36,924 nucleotides of DNA from a virus (lineage: Duplodnaviria; Caudoviricetes). This document shows, piece after piece, positions 23,740 through 32,683 of the stretch. A program made the translations under genes and the position numbers. The DNA is taken from positions 1 through 36,924 of IMG/VR virus record IMGVR_UViG_3300043416_000086. One strand, 5' to 3'. How positions within the stretch are numbered: the stretch's first letter is position 1; each line of letters opens with the position of its first letter. Below the pieces are notes generated by a model, which ran no database searches, had not been told where the DNA came from, and was given only the letters and a program-made list of their open reading frames with translations.

Positions 23740-23954
23740 ACGAACAACAGTTGATTACTTTGCTTGAGAGTGCCGAGGGTACGATTGCACGGTTGATGCT
23801 AGAAGTTAATCGGCTATCTAAAGAAGTTGAGTTGCGTGAGTTAACGGAAGATGAAATAAAAGAAGTGTACGACCAGTATTTTGATGTAGAGAATTTTGGA
23901 TGGTTACAACTTGAATGTATTAGAGAAATTTTACAGAAAGCGAGTGAGAAATGA
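23736..23954 (+). CDS. Hypothetical protein (ELTEDEI motif)
   Basis: GGAGG RBS and ATGA coupling. Confidence 0.75.
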   Translation: MNEQQLITLLESAEGTIARLMLEVNRLSKEVELRELTEDEIKEVYDQYFDVENFGWLQLECIREILQKASEK

Positions 23955-24160
23955 ACCAAAATATTTTTTGTAGCAAATGCCACAGAATACCTAGTCAATG
24001 TTGTTGTTTGTCAGCAAAAGAACTAACCGATGAGGAAATAGATAAAGTTTGGGCTGAAACTTGTTCAGATTTTAAGTTAATTGAAAACGGCAAAACAAAA
24101 GGAATTATTAATATCTATGATGTGTCGAGAGCAATATTAAAGAAAGCGAGAGAGAAGTGA
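23951..24160 (+). CDS. Hypothetical protein (CxxC...CCC, ELTDEEI motif)
   Basis: ATGA coupling. C-terminal half similar to the preceding gene. Confidence 0.7.
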   Translation: MNQNIFCSKCHRIPSQCCCLSAKELTDEEIDKVWAETCSDFKLIENGKTKGIINIYDVSRAILKKAREK

Positions 24161-24351
24161 AAAGGCTATTACAATACAAAGCCAAGTTGAAAGCGGCGAT
24201 GGCTGAGGAAACAATTAGGGCGAGGCAGTACAACGCTGCGCTTAGATCATTAAAAAAAATTACTGCTGAAACAATTGAACTACAAAGAAAGGTCGAACAT
24301 GAAACCGTTAAGCTGGCGCAAGCTGCAAGCCGTACTGAATCAGCTCAATGA
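24157..24351 (+). CDS. Hypothetical coiled-coil protein
   Basis: GTGA coupling to the upstream stop. Confidence 0.6.
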   Translation: MKRLLQYKAKLKAAMAEETIRARQYNAALRSLKKITAETIELQRKVEHETVKLAQAASRTESAQ

Positions 24352-24493
24352 GTCTGAAGTATTAATTATGCTGATTGAGGAGCGACGTGGCCTCAAGCGA
24401 GCATCCATCATGGAGAGATTGCACATGAGGTATAACACTTTACGGGTTAGCCGTGAACGTATCGAGATTATGAAGGAAGCTATAGCACCATGA
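24299..24493 (+). CDS. Hypothetical protein (MKPLSWRKL...)
   Basis: ATG at 24299 with AAGG RBS. Helical and basic. Confidence 0.7.
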   Translation: MKPLSWRKLQAVLNQLNESEVLIMLIEERRGLKRASIMERLHMRYNTLRVSRERIEIMKEAIAP

Positions 24494-24660
24494 CCGAACC
24501 TGATTTCTATGCTTGGTCACACGCCAATTTAGTTGAATTTGCAACAGAAGCGTATTCTCGGATTTTAGAGGATACTTATGAGATAGAATTATTAAAACAA
24601 GACTTGCGAATGGCTATCCAAGCCTATCGACAAATCAATACAAGGAGCAAATATGAATAA
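24490..24660 (+). CDS. Hypothetical protein (56 aa, not in ORF track)
   Basis: MTEPDFYAWSHANLVEFATEAY...RSKYE*. ATGA coupling. Confidence 0.7.
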   Translation: MTEPDFYAWSHANLVEFATEAYSRILEDTYEIELLKQDLRMAIQAYRQINTRSKYE

Positions 24661-24829
24661 TACCGACAAGAATATGATCACGCAAATGATTCGGGCAGGG
24701 CGATTTAACCCTGAGATATGCGAGTTATTACGCCAAAAGCAAGTTGAAGATTCTAAAAAGATGATTAAGCAGATGGGCGAGAGATATTGCTGCCACGCCA
24801 ATAACGCACCGAAGAAAGGTGCTTATTAA
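24653..24829 (+). CDS. Hypothetical protein (58 aa, not in ORF track)
   Basis: MNNTDKNMITQMIRAG...MGERYCCHANNAPKKGAY*. AAGGAG RBS, TAATG coupling downstream. Confidence 0.7.
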   Translation: MNNTDKNMITQMIRAGRFNPEICELLRQKQVEDSKKMIKQMGERYCCHANNAPKKGAY

Positions 24830-25020
24830 TGGACGACGACTACGACAATTATGTGCCTGAGCCACAAAACAACGAAAATTATATGAGCCAGCAAGAGGTT
24901 GCAGATGAGTTAGGGATTTCCCGTAGTCGAGTTAGTGAGATTGAAAATATGGCTTTACGGAAGTTTCAGCTCCGTTTACTAAGCCGTTATTCAGTAGGAT
25001 TATTAGGAGACGTGATATGA
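24829..25020 (+). CDS. Stand-alone sigma70 region-4-like HTH protein
   Basis: MSQQEVADELGISRSRVSEIENMALRKF closely matches the sigma 4.2 consensus. Confidence 0.8.
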   Translation: MDDDYDNYVPEPQNNENYMSQQEVADELGISRSRVSEIENMALRKFQLRLLSRYSVGLLGDVI

Positions 25021-25226
25021 AAACAGACGGCGTAGTTATTTTAGTAGCGTTATTTGGCATTATTGTCTGCACTTACTTGGTCGGCATGACCGAGCTAACG
25101 CGTAGAGAAGATCGAGCCAAAGTTAATTGTGACGTATTGATGGGCGGATGGCACCCTGATACATCTAAAAAATACGCTGAGTTATGCTTGCAAGCGCGTG
25201 AGATGGCTAGGCAGCAGTCACGCTAA
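25017..25226 (+). CDS. Hypothetical protein with N-terminal TM helix
   Basis: AGGAG RBS and hydrophobic VVILVALFGIIVCTYLV. Confidence 0.65.
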   Translation: MKTDGVVILVALFGIIVCTYLVGMTELTRREDRAKVNCDVLMGGWHPDTSKKYAELCLQAREMARQQSR

Positions 25227-25754
25227 CATAGTTGAGGCGGATGTTTGTACATCAGCAACACGCTTGAGCCATCCTTTGCCGTATGTCTGGAAGGTCGGCA
25301 ACGACTTATAAAACGCTTCTTTGCTATTGCTGAACTTGTCTAGCAAGTCTTTACCCTCTGCTTCTTGGATTGCTTTTAGCGTAGCAGGGCCAATAGAGCC
25401 ATCAGCAGTCACGCCAAGCGCCTTCTGTATCATCTTACGAGCAGCGGCTGGCCCAGCATTAATAGCAAAATCAAACACGGCGTAATCCACGCCAGCAGGT
25501 AAATCATCACCGCGAACGGCATCCCAATAATCTCTTTTGTATAACGGTTTAACATCTTCTTTTTTTAACGCTTTCATATCATCTTGAGTTACTTCATGTC
25601 CTACATATTTTTCCCAATTGGCTTGAGTACATCCCAACATGGTAGAGCCTTTACGCCCGTTTGGTAACTTATTGCCAGGATCACGCTCATCATTAGTGAA
25701 CCCGCCCTCATGGGCGATGACCATATCGAAAGACTTATCCCAGTTGCTAATCAT
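25218..25754 (-). CDS. Endolysin, glycoside hydrolase family 108
   Basis: HEGGF.ND..DPG, YW, FD.AIN.G, DG.IGP.T and GW..R motifs. Confidence 0.92.
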   Translation of the reverse strand: MISNWDKSFDMVIAHEGGFTNDERDPGNKLPNGRKGSTMLGCTQANWEKYVGHEVTQDDMKALKKEDVKPLYKRDYWDAVRGDDLPAGVDYAVFDFAINAGPAAARKMIQKALGVTADGSIGPATLKAIQEAEGKDLLDKFSNSKEAFYKSLPTFQTYGKGWLKRVADVQTSASTMLA

Positions 25755-26161
25755 TTCTTAGCCCTCATATCTGCTAGTTTCTCCACCGTTCTGCCTCCAA
25801 AATATGCAAGGAAGCAAATTTGCCCCCATTGCCCTAGGAGATTGACGAAGCCCTCTTGTGGGCTATGACCAAAGGCTGACATCATAGTAAACACAAAATA
25901 AGCTACAAAAATAGCAATTAACGCCATTGGTCTAATATTTTTAGATAACCACGAATCTGAACCCATGTCAGACTTCCATCGGTCACTAATGTTAGTCTGT
26001 TCTATTTCATACAATTTGGTATCGTTTGCCATCTGCGCAAGTTCACCATTTTGGGCTAATGTTGCTAACTCTAATTGTGCTTTAGCTTTAGCCTCTGGAT
26101 CAGGGATTAGCTTATCAATTAACTTACCGCCTATGTTTAGTATTGCGTCAAGTCCTAACAT
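25751..26161 (-). CDS. Holin (GTA 3-TM holin-like)
   Basis: IDKLIPDP..K..A, DSWLSKNIRP and YFGGRT.EK motifs, TM segments, adjacent to the endolysin. Confidence 0.8.
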   Translation of the reverse strand: MLGLDAILNIGGKLIDKLIPDPEAKAKAQLELATLAQNGELAQMANDTKLYEIEQTNISDRWKSDMGSDSWLSKNIRPMALIAIFVAYFVFTMMSAFGHSPQEGFVNLLGQWGQICFLAYFGGRTVEKLADMRAKK

Positions 26162-26430
26162 TATTTTTTCCCATATTTTTCACGTTCTTCAAGTAACTGC
26201 ACCTTAACCTGTAGTTGGTGTATGTCTGTGTAAATTTCATTTCTCAGTTTGTGTCTTGCTTCAGCAGACAAAGGCGAGTCAGTCGGCACATTTTCTTTAG
26301 TTATTAGGGCAGGCATTTGTCCCTCAATTTTAGTCAGCCGTGTAGAAAAGTCTGATACTTGACCTAGTAGCCACGCTAAACACGCTACAACAATCGGCAG
26401 TACCGCTTTTAGAACGTCTTGTATATTCAT
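26161..26430 (-). CDS. Small membrane-anchored coiled-coil protein (lysis region)
   Basis: N-terminal TM helix followed by heptad repeats. Confidence 0.7.
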   Translation of the reverse strand: MNIQDVLKAVLPIVVACLAWLLGQVSDFSTRLTKIEGQMPALITKENVPTDSPLSAEARHKLRNEIYTDIHQLQVKVQLLEEREKYGKK

Positions 26431-26573
26431 TTTTTATTCCATAATTCAAACAATGTTTTTACTTTTTCTTCAAGGACGGACACTTTATTATCCATTTTGG
26501 CAAGCACAATAACAAGCGTTACAAACCCCACTAACAGAGGCCATATTTTTGCTAGGATATCTACGGTATCCAT
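26427..26573 (-). CDS. Small membrane protein (48 aa, not in ORF track)
   Basis: MDTVDILAKIWPLLVGFVTLVIVLAKMDNKVSVLEEKVKTLFELWNKK*. Translationally coupled at both ends. Confidence 0.8.
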   Translation of the reverse strand: MDTVDILAKIWPLLVGFVTLVIVLAKMDNKVSVLEEKVKTLFELWNKK

Positions 26574-26770
26574 TATTTAATTACTACAGCTTGTAATAAC
26601 TCCATAAAAGTGTCTTTACCAAAAAACGTAACGACCATTAATGCGTACAACATATACTCAATGCGAGCCATGCGCTTAGATCCGCGCTCAAACGATTCTT
26701 CGATGCGCTTATATCGTTCTGCGCATACTGCCTCATGCACGCTAATTCGTGTATTGTTCTCGGCTTCCAT
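26573..26770 (-). CDS. Small coiled-coil plus TM protein (HEAVCAERY motif, XhlA-like architecture)
   Basis: Coiled coil followed by a hydrophobic C-terminus. First gene of the lysis cluster. Confidence 0.7.
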   Translation of the reverse strand: MEAENNTRISVHEAVCAERYKRIEESFERGSKRMARIEYMLYALMVVTFFGKDTFMELLQAVVIK

Positions 26771-26772
26771 AT

Positions 26773-29103
26773 TTACCTTGCAAGTGCGTTTTGGTTTTGT
26801 TGTTCAGGAGCTAATGCGTTAACTGGCGGGGTAGTAAGACTCGCCACGCCTGCGCGTGTACCCGAAAGATTAGCCGCATTTTTAAGCGCTTTTAATACTT
26901 GAATACGGTCATCGGCAGGTAAAGTATTTAAGATTTCGTTCATACTTTTACCTGACTTAGCCGCGTTTGCTAATATATCTATTGTTTTATCGCTAACTTT
27001 ATTTTCTAAAGTTCGTATGACTTGTTTAACTATAGCGGTTTTATAGCCTACAAAGCCTGGTATCTTTTTAGCAAGGCTTTCATCTTCAAACCCTAATGCT
27101 TTAGCGCCTGCTTTAGCTTGTTCGGCTATCTTAATATCACGCGTTAGTTCGTCAGCAATTTGTTGCATAGGCTTAATATCAGCGCCCATCTCTTTAAAAA
27201 TATTAAAACTGCCTGGGCCAAAGACTTTTTCTACTGCGTCAGGATTGTTGCCCCTAACTAGTCTAATAAATTCGTCAGGCGACGATTCAAACATGGACAA
27301 CGCTTTACCCGCTAATTTACGTCGGTCAATTAGTTGAGCGTTAGCTGCGTAATCACGCAAGTATTGTCCATAGCCCGTGCCACCCGCTTCTTCTATGGCG
27401 TTAATTATTGGAGTTTTAAGGTCAGCCATTACTTTTGCGGCTAAGTTCTTTTTAGCCGTTTGATCTAGTCCTGGGCGTAATTTTTCAATGGCAGCGTTAA
27501 CAGAATTTTTGCGTAGACTGTCTAACGCAAACGCATCTATTACGCCATTATTGTCTGTCCATTTAACAACATCATCACCAAAACTTTTAACTGCGCCTTC
27601 AATAACATCATTACCTGCAAATTCAGGATTACGCAAAATACCGTTTATGCGACTTATGACAGATTTAGCTGTTAAAGGTTTTAATCCATTTGCGGCTAAA
27701 CTATCAAAAGCGGCTTGTTTAAATTGTGCCGCTTGACCAAAGATTAATGACCCTTCCGCCGCCTTTGATGCTACTTCATCGGCTTTATCTGCTAACTCAC
27801 CTACATAGGTATAGCGTGCGGTGCTAGTTGGCAAACCTCTTTCAACTACTTGTTGCGTTGCAAGATCACTTGCGCGGTCACCCGCCGCAACAAAACGGCG
27901 AACATCTTGAACTTTATCTGTTGCAGCCTGTCCTAATATAGTTACTTCACCTTGTAATTTGGGGCCTAGCGTACCTGCAATATTAGCGGCGCCTAACTCG
28001 GTTTCACGGATCGGCGTCATTAAATTGTTTAACGCATTTTTAAATTCGCTTACAGATGTTAGGTTTTCAGTTATGGATGGCCCACCAGCTAGACGCGCTA
28101 ATTGATTTAATTGCTCTGCTTTTTGTTTATCTTTAAGAACACGGTAATAGCTAGATTTATCCTTACCAGACACAAACCCTAAAAATGCTTGGTAGACGTC
28201 ATTGTCGATTCCGTAAGCAGCTTGTGCGGCAGTAATGTCTATTGGTGCTGCACCGTTAGCTGCACGGATCTGATTAATTTGATCACCAGCTGCTTGACGG
28301 GCAATCTTACCTGCCTCAACATTAGCAAGTTTGCCTGTAGCTGCATCAATAAATTTACCTGCGCCTATGGCTAAAAATTTAACTGCAGGCGGTACAACAA
28401 AAGGTGCAACGGCGCCAATACTAGCGCCTGTTTCAGTTTCTTCAGGATTAACTAAAGCTGATGATATGCCACCAACAGTAGCGCCGCCAACCAATCTTGC
28501 TAACGCATTACCAGTTCTACCAGTTAAAGTTGTAGGTGTTAACCCTGTTTGAAATCCACCTGATCTAAGCGATTGTGCTAACGGTGTAGTTACTTTAGCT
28601 ATGCTAGGTATAGCTTTGCCTGCCGCTTGTATGGGTTTAGAAAGAAAACCCCCCACAGGCAACGTAGCTACAACTTCACCTGCAAACTCACCCGCGCCTG
28701 CATAGCCAGGTGCTACGTCTTTATACGGCTGAATAAACTGTTTTTGCAATTCTTGGCGACGTATGGCATCTTCAGTCAAGAATTGCCCTGTGTCTGTAGC
28801 GCCTAACGCTGTTAAACCTTTACCAAGCAATTTTTGACCACCAAGTACAATGTTACCTACACCTGTATATGCGCCTGCAAACGGTGCAATAGCAGTAGTT
28901 AACTCGCGCTGTACCATTTCTCTGCGAGCATCCGCAGGTTCAGCAGCAACATTTTGACGCGCATCGGGAGCGTTTACTATTGTTGGCGCTTGTGTTTCGC
29001 CACGCATACGCTTAATTTCCATTGCTAATGCTTTTGCGTCGTCAACATTGCCTGCCGCATCAGCTTTAACAAGCGCAGAACTTAACTGTTCAAGAGTAGC
29101 CAT
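26773..29103 (-). CDS. Large internal virion / ejection protein (776 aa)
   Basis: Ala/Gly-rich and helical. Third gene of the post-hub trio, as P22 gp16 is. Confidence 0.7.
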   Translation of the reverse strand: MATLEQLSSALVKADAAGNVDDAKALAMEIKRMRGETQAPTIVNAPDARQNVAAEPADARREMVQRELTTAIAPFAGAYTGVGNIVLGGQKLLGKGLTALGATDTGQFLTEDAIRRQELQKQFIQPYKDVAPGYAGAGEFAGEVVATLPVGGFLSKPIQAAGKAIPSIAKVTTPLAQSLRSGGFQTGLTPTTLTGRTGNALARLVGGATVGGISSALVNPEETETGASIGAVAPFVVPPAVKFLAIGAGKFIDAATGKLANVEAGKIARQAAGDQINQIRAANGAAPIDITAAQAAYGIDNDVYQAFLGFVSGKDKSSYYRVLKDKQKAEQLNQLARLAGGPSITENLTSVSEFKNALNNLMTPIRETELGAANIAGTLGPKLQGEVTILGQAATDKVQDVRRFVAAGDRASDLATQQVVERGLPTSTARYTYVGELADKADEVASKAAEGSLIFGQAAQFKQAAFDSLAANGLKPLTAKSVISRINGILRNPEFAGNDVIEGAVKSFGDDVVKWTDNNGVIDAFALDSLRKNSVNAAIEKLRPGLDQTAKKNLAAKVMADLKTPIINAIEEAGGTGYGQYLRDYAANAQLIDRRKLAGKALSMFESSPDEFIRLVRGNNPDAVEKVFGPGSFNIFKEMGADIKPMQQIADELTRDIKIAEQAKAGAKALGFEDESLAKKIPGFVGYKTAIVKQVIRTLENKVSDKTIDILANAAKSGKSMNEILNTLPADDRIQVLKALKNAANLSGTRAGVASLTTPPVNALAPEQQNQNALAR

Positions 29104-29104
29104 A

Positions 29105-30382
29105 TTATTGAGCGTATTTATTTACTAAAGCGTCAATATTAACGCCGCCTGATGGCGCTTCACCTGCTTTTTTCCTAGCCCTTTCAATACCTGTTTTAAC
29201 AATAGCTTTGTATTCGTTAGCAGCGGCAAGAAATTCTTTTTCGCTTTGCGCTAAACTCATCCTTGTTTTAGCCGCCGTTGCTTTTTTACCCTCTGTTTCA
29301 GTAATAGCGCCGCCGCCTTTAAGAGTCTCAAACGCTTCTAAGAACGCGCCACCCATAATTTCATCAAAACGTGCTTTAAAGTCAGCCGCAGGAGTGCCAG
29401 GTATAAGTTGTTCAACGCCAGGTATACCTAAAGTTTGAAGTCTACCCATACCTACTGCACCTGTAAAGCCTGGGTGAGGTGCTGTGCCTGCGTTAATAAC
29501 TTTACCACTTTTATCTTTAACTGCAGGTGTTCCAACCATAGCATCAATTTTACTAAGTAAACTTTCACTTGTTGCAATAGCATTTGGCAACGCTATGGCA
29601 GCTGCGGCTTGCGCTTTACCTGCTGTTGTACCAGCTGCTTTAGAAGCGGCAATTTTTGCTTGTACGGTAGGATCTAAGTCCGCAGCTAATCGTCGTTCTG
29701 CTAAGTTTAATTGACCGCCTGATATATCTGTTTGACGCTTTGCATTTTGTTCTCGTGCTAAATTGGCGCGTGCAGTTTCTTCAGTTACAAGTCGATCTTT
29801 AGCATCTAAAATATTAACTAGAGTAGATTTTTGCCAAGCCCTAAAATTAGGTGCCGTTGTAATAGAATTTCTAAGCATATCGGCTTTAGCTTGGTCAATG
29901 TCGCCTGAGGCTAAATGTCTATCAATACCTGCAAGCGCTTCTTGTGGCGTATCTAATGCAGAAATATCCGCTAATGCTTTATTAGCTTTATCAAGTTTTT
30001 GTTTATACTGAAGCCCTGTTGTTTCAGTTAATGTTTTTTGTTCAGTAGCTTGTTGTGTTTTTAGTTGTTGTTCCGTTAACGCAGCTTTTTTTTGCGCTTC
30101 AATAACACCAGGAATAGCTGTTCCAGCACCGCGTTCGGCTAATTGTTTAGTTAAAAGGTTGTAGTCTAAAGCACCTGTGTTTGGGTTAAACGCACCTTTA
30201 TATGCTTCAGCTAACGCATTTTGCGTATCAAAATCTTGTTGCGCTTGACGCATTTTTAGCGCATTAAGTTGTTGACCTTGTTGCGCGCCTTGAATTTGCG
30301 AATATGCCGCCAACTGATTTAAAGGATTTTCAATTTGAACGGGCTTATAACCCATTGCAATACTTGGATCAATAGTTGCCAT
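29105..30382 (-). CDS. Internal virion / ejection protein (425 aa)
   Basis: Gln/Ala-rich and helical, LKG.G.ITE.EG motif, position of P22 gp20. Confidence 0.7.
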   Translation of the reverse strand: MATIDPSIAMGYKPVQIENPLNQLAAYSQIQGAQQGQQLNALKMRQAQQDFDTQNALAEAYKGAFNPNTGALDYNLLTKQLAERGAGTAIPGVIEAQKKAALTEQQLKTQQATEQKTLTETTGLQYKQKLDKANKALADISALDTPQEALAGIDRHLASGDIDQAKADMLRNSITTAPNFRAWQKSTLVNILDAKDRLVTEETARANLAREQNAKRQTDISGGQLNLAERRLAADLDPTVQAKIAASKAAGTTAGKAQAAAAIALPNAIATSESLLSKIDAMVGTPAVKDKSGKVINAGTAPHPGFTGAVGMGRLQTLGIPGVEQLIPGTPAADFKARFDEIMGGAFLEAFETLKGGGAITETEGKKATAAKTRMSLAQSEKEFLAAANEYKAIVKTGIERARKKAGEAPSGGVNIDALVNKYAQ

Positions 30383-30391
30383 AGTTAGTCC

Positions 30392-31306
30392 TTAAAATTC
30401 AATTCCAGTAGTAGCATAGCTAGGCGCGCTAGCACCCCCGCCGCCAGGCATATATACATTACCCGCGCCGTATTGATTAGATAAATTGTTATACCGTAGT
30501 TGGTTTGCTAAGTTCTGATTTTGATAAAAATTTAACCCTTGGCCTACTCCGCTACTTAATGCGTTAGCCGCGCCCATATAACCAGATGCTCTTGCATTAC
30601 CTGCGCCAATAATGTTACCACCTTGGGCAGCGCCAAATGCCCCTAATGTATTAGCGCCGCCTGTAGCGTAATTTTGTGATGCTTGTTGCGCTTGTTGCGT
30701 AGCTGATTGTCCTACACCTGCAAGACTTTGTAACGGTGCAAGCGTATTACTTCTTTCAGTTTGGAAACGATTAAACGCGTTACCGTATTCTTGCGCTTGT
30801 TGCGCGCGATTAGCTTGATAACGATTAAAAGCATTTTGATATTCTTGTGACGCTAGATCAGACCCGTAGCGTTGCGCTCCTTTAAGAGTAGCGCCTGATA
30901 ATAAACCACCCCTTGACGCTGCGGTGCGGTCAAGAGCTTTTATGCCTTCAGATAGACGGAACGCATAGCCTGGATCGGCTTGGAAATCAGACGCACCAAA
31001 GTTTTTCATAACAGATGCTGGATCGTAACCTGCAACGCCACCAAACTTAGCTGACGCGTATGGGCCGCCTTGCAACTGTGCTAACAACATATTCTGACCA
31101 GTAAGGCCAGCTTGTCTAAACGGTTCGTTTAACTCAAGTTGTTTTAAATATTGTTCACGCTGAAGCGCTGTTTGTTCATTAGCAATATCGCGTTGCGCTT
31201 GCGTAGCTTCGCCTGCCGCTTGTGATTGCGCGCTAGACGCTCGGCTGGCTGAATACGCGCCTACTAAAGTGCTAGCTGCTACTGATCCTGCTACCCAAAA
31301 AGTCAT
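30392..31306 (-). CDS. DNA transfer (ejection) protein, P22 gp7-like
   Basis: Hydrophobic Gly/Ala N-terminus and DPGY.FRL.EG..A...AA..GGLLSGATLK motif. Confidence 0.8.
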   Translation of the reverse strand: MTFWVAGSVAASTLVGAYSASRASSAQSQAAGEATQAQRDIANEQTALQREQYLKQLELNEPFRQAGLTGQNMLLAQLQGGPYASAKFGGVAGYDPASVMKNFGASDFQADPGYAFRLSEGIKALDRTAASRGGLLSGATLKGAQRYGSDLASQEYQNAFNRYQANRAQQAQEYGNAFNRFQTERSNTLAPLQSLAGVGQSATQQAQQASQNYATGGANTLGAFGAAQGGNIIGAGNARASGYMGAANALSSGVGQGLNFYQNQNLANQLRYNNLSNQYGAGNVYMPGGGGASAPSYATTGIEF

Positions 31307-31779
31307 AATGTCACCCCTACTTGTTTGTCTTTAACTACATTTCCGACAGCGTACATATCATTCGGATCGGATTCAACTAATTCAATTTCGGCATCTTCAA
31401 CAGTTTTAGCGTCTACAACATGAAAAGTCATACATAAAGCATCCGTTTCGGCATAAACAGCGCGTTTCGTGCCAGGCGTACTACATAGCAATTGAGGGCC
31501 TGTGATTAATTGTACTCCATCATCCGTTGTTATGGCTACTGTACCCGATACAATTAGGTAAAAATGTTCTTTTTTATGAACTTTTCCCACAACTAACACA
31601 CCTGCTTGACGCCATACTTCACGGCAATACATCCCTGCGTGGAACGTATGCTTTGTTTCAGGCTCATACTGAGGCAACTTACATAACTCAGCTTGCAATG
31701 CCTCTACCCTATTGCGTAAGTCAAAAGGCGCGCTAGGTAAAAACCCTTGTCCGTAAGTGACGTTCATCTCAATTTGCAT
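31303..31779 (-). CDS. Cupin-fold protein in the tail/ejection operon
   Basis: H.F..GMY.RE, G..H...H....SG and PG.KR...A..D beta-barrel pattern. Confidence 0.65.
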   Translation of the reverse strand: MQIEMNVTYGQGFLPSAPFDLRNRVEALQAELCKLPQYEPETKHTFHAGMYCREVWRQAGVLVVGKVHKKEHFYLIVSGTVAITTDDGVQLITGPQLLCSTPGTKRAVYAETDALCMTFHVVDAKTVEDAEIELVESDPNDMYAVGNVVKDKQVGVTL

Positions 31780-31780
31780 A

Positions 31781-32683
31781 TTATTCTAGCAATAAGTTGT
31801 TATATGTTGCTGCTTGCGTTGTAATCCAGCTTGTGCCATCTGACACAATGGTTGCCCAATTACCTGCTACGTTATCTAATATGGCTGTACCCGCAGCCCC
31901 ACCTGCCCTTGATACAACATTACTAGACGCTGACACTAACGATTGATTCTGATAGTTAATAAAATATAAAACCCGCCCTGTGTTGGCCGATGGCGACGGT
32001 AGCGTAACCGTGCAAGTAGAGCCTGTCTTATTGTTTATTAACCATGTATCTGTAGATGCTACACTAAAATCAGCCGTTTTGGTAACTGGTGCGTTTGTTG
32101 TTACGGTGCCACTTGTGCTTAACGTGCCAGCTGCAAAGGTTAACCCTGTGCCTACGGTAACATTACTAAACCCACCCGCACCGTTGCCGTACAAAATAGA
32201 CGTGCCACTTGTAGCTGGTGCGTAATCTGTACCGCTTACAGCTGCGCTGATTGCTGTACCGTTGCCTTTAAGAATACCTGTAATGGTTGTGGTTAGCGTA
32301 ATAGCAGGTGTAGTAGTGCTTGTAGCTACCGTACCCGCAAAGCCGTTAGCTGATACAACAGACACGCTAGTAACCGTACCGCCTGTACCCGTAATAGTTA
32401 TGCTACCCGCGCCGTTGGCTATAGTTATACCTGCGCCTGCGGTCAAAGTTTTTAAATCATATCTTTGCCCCGCTGTATTACCAATTAATAATTGACCATT
32501 TAAAGGGTAACTACTTAATCCTGTACCGCCATTCGGGATTTGAACAATGCCTAAATTAGCGCCTACAATTGAATAGATGTTGTTAAAGAACCTAAACCAT
32601 TCCCGTGACATTAAACCTGTGCGTGGATCTATTAATTCAACTCTAGGCGCAGGAATCTGCGTAATGTTAATTGGATCAGGCAT
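31781..32683 (-). CDS. Tail needle / fibre-like protein
   Basis: Likely start MPDPINI at 32683. G.MSREW.RFF N-terminus, Gly/Thr-rich fibre modules, position of P22 gp26. Confidence 0.7.
   Translation of the reverse strand: MPDPINITQIPAPRVELIDPRTGLMSREWFRFFNNIYSIVGANLGIVQIPNGGTGLSSYPLNGQLLIGNTAGQRYDLKTLTAGAGITIANGAGSITITGTGGTVTSVSVVSANGFAGTVATSTTTPAITLTTTITGILKGNGTAISAAVSGTDYAPATSGTSILYGNGAGGFSNVTVGTGLTFAAGTLSTSGTVTTNAPVTKTADFSVASTDTWLINNKTGSTCTVTLPSPSANTGRVLYFINYQNQSLVSASSNVVSRAGGAAGTAILDNVAGNWATIVSDGTSWITTQAATYNNLLLE

Noticed and set aside
24592-24801. 69-aa minus-strand ORF
   Set aside because: The region is better explained by two coupled plus-strand ORFs (24490-24660 and 24653-24829).
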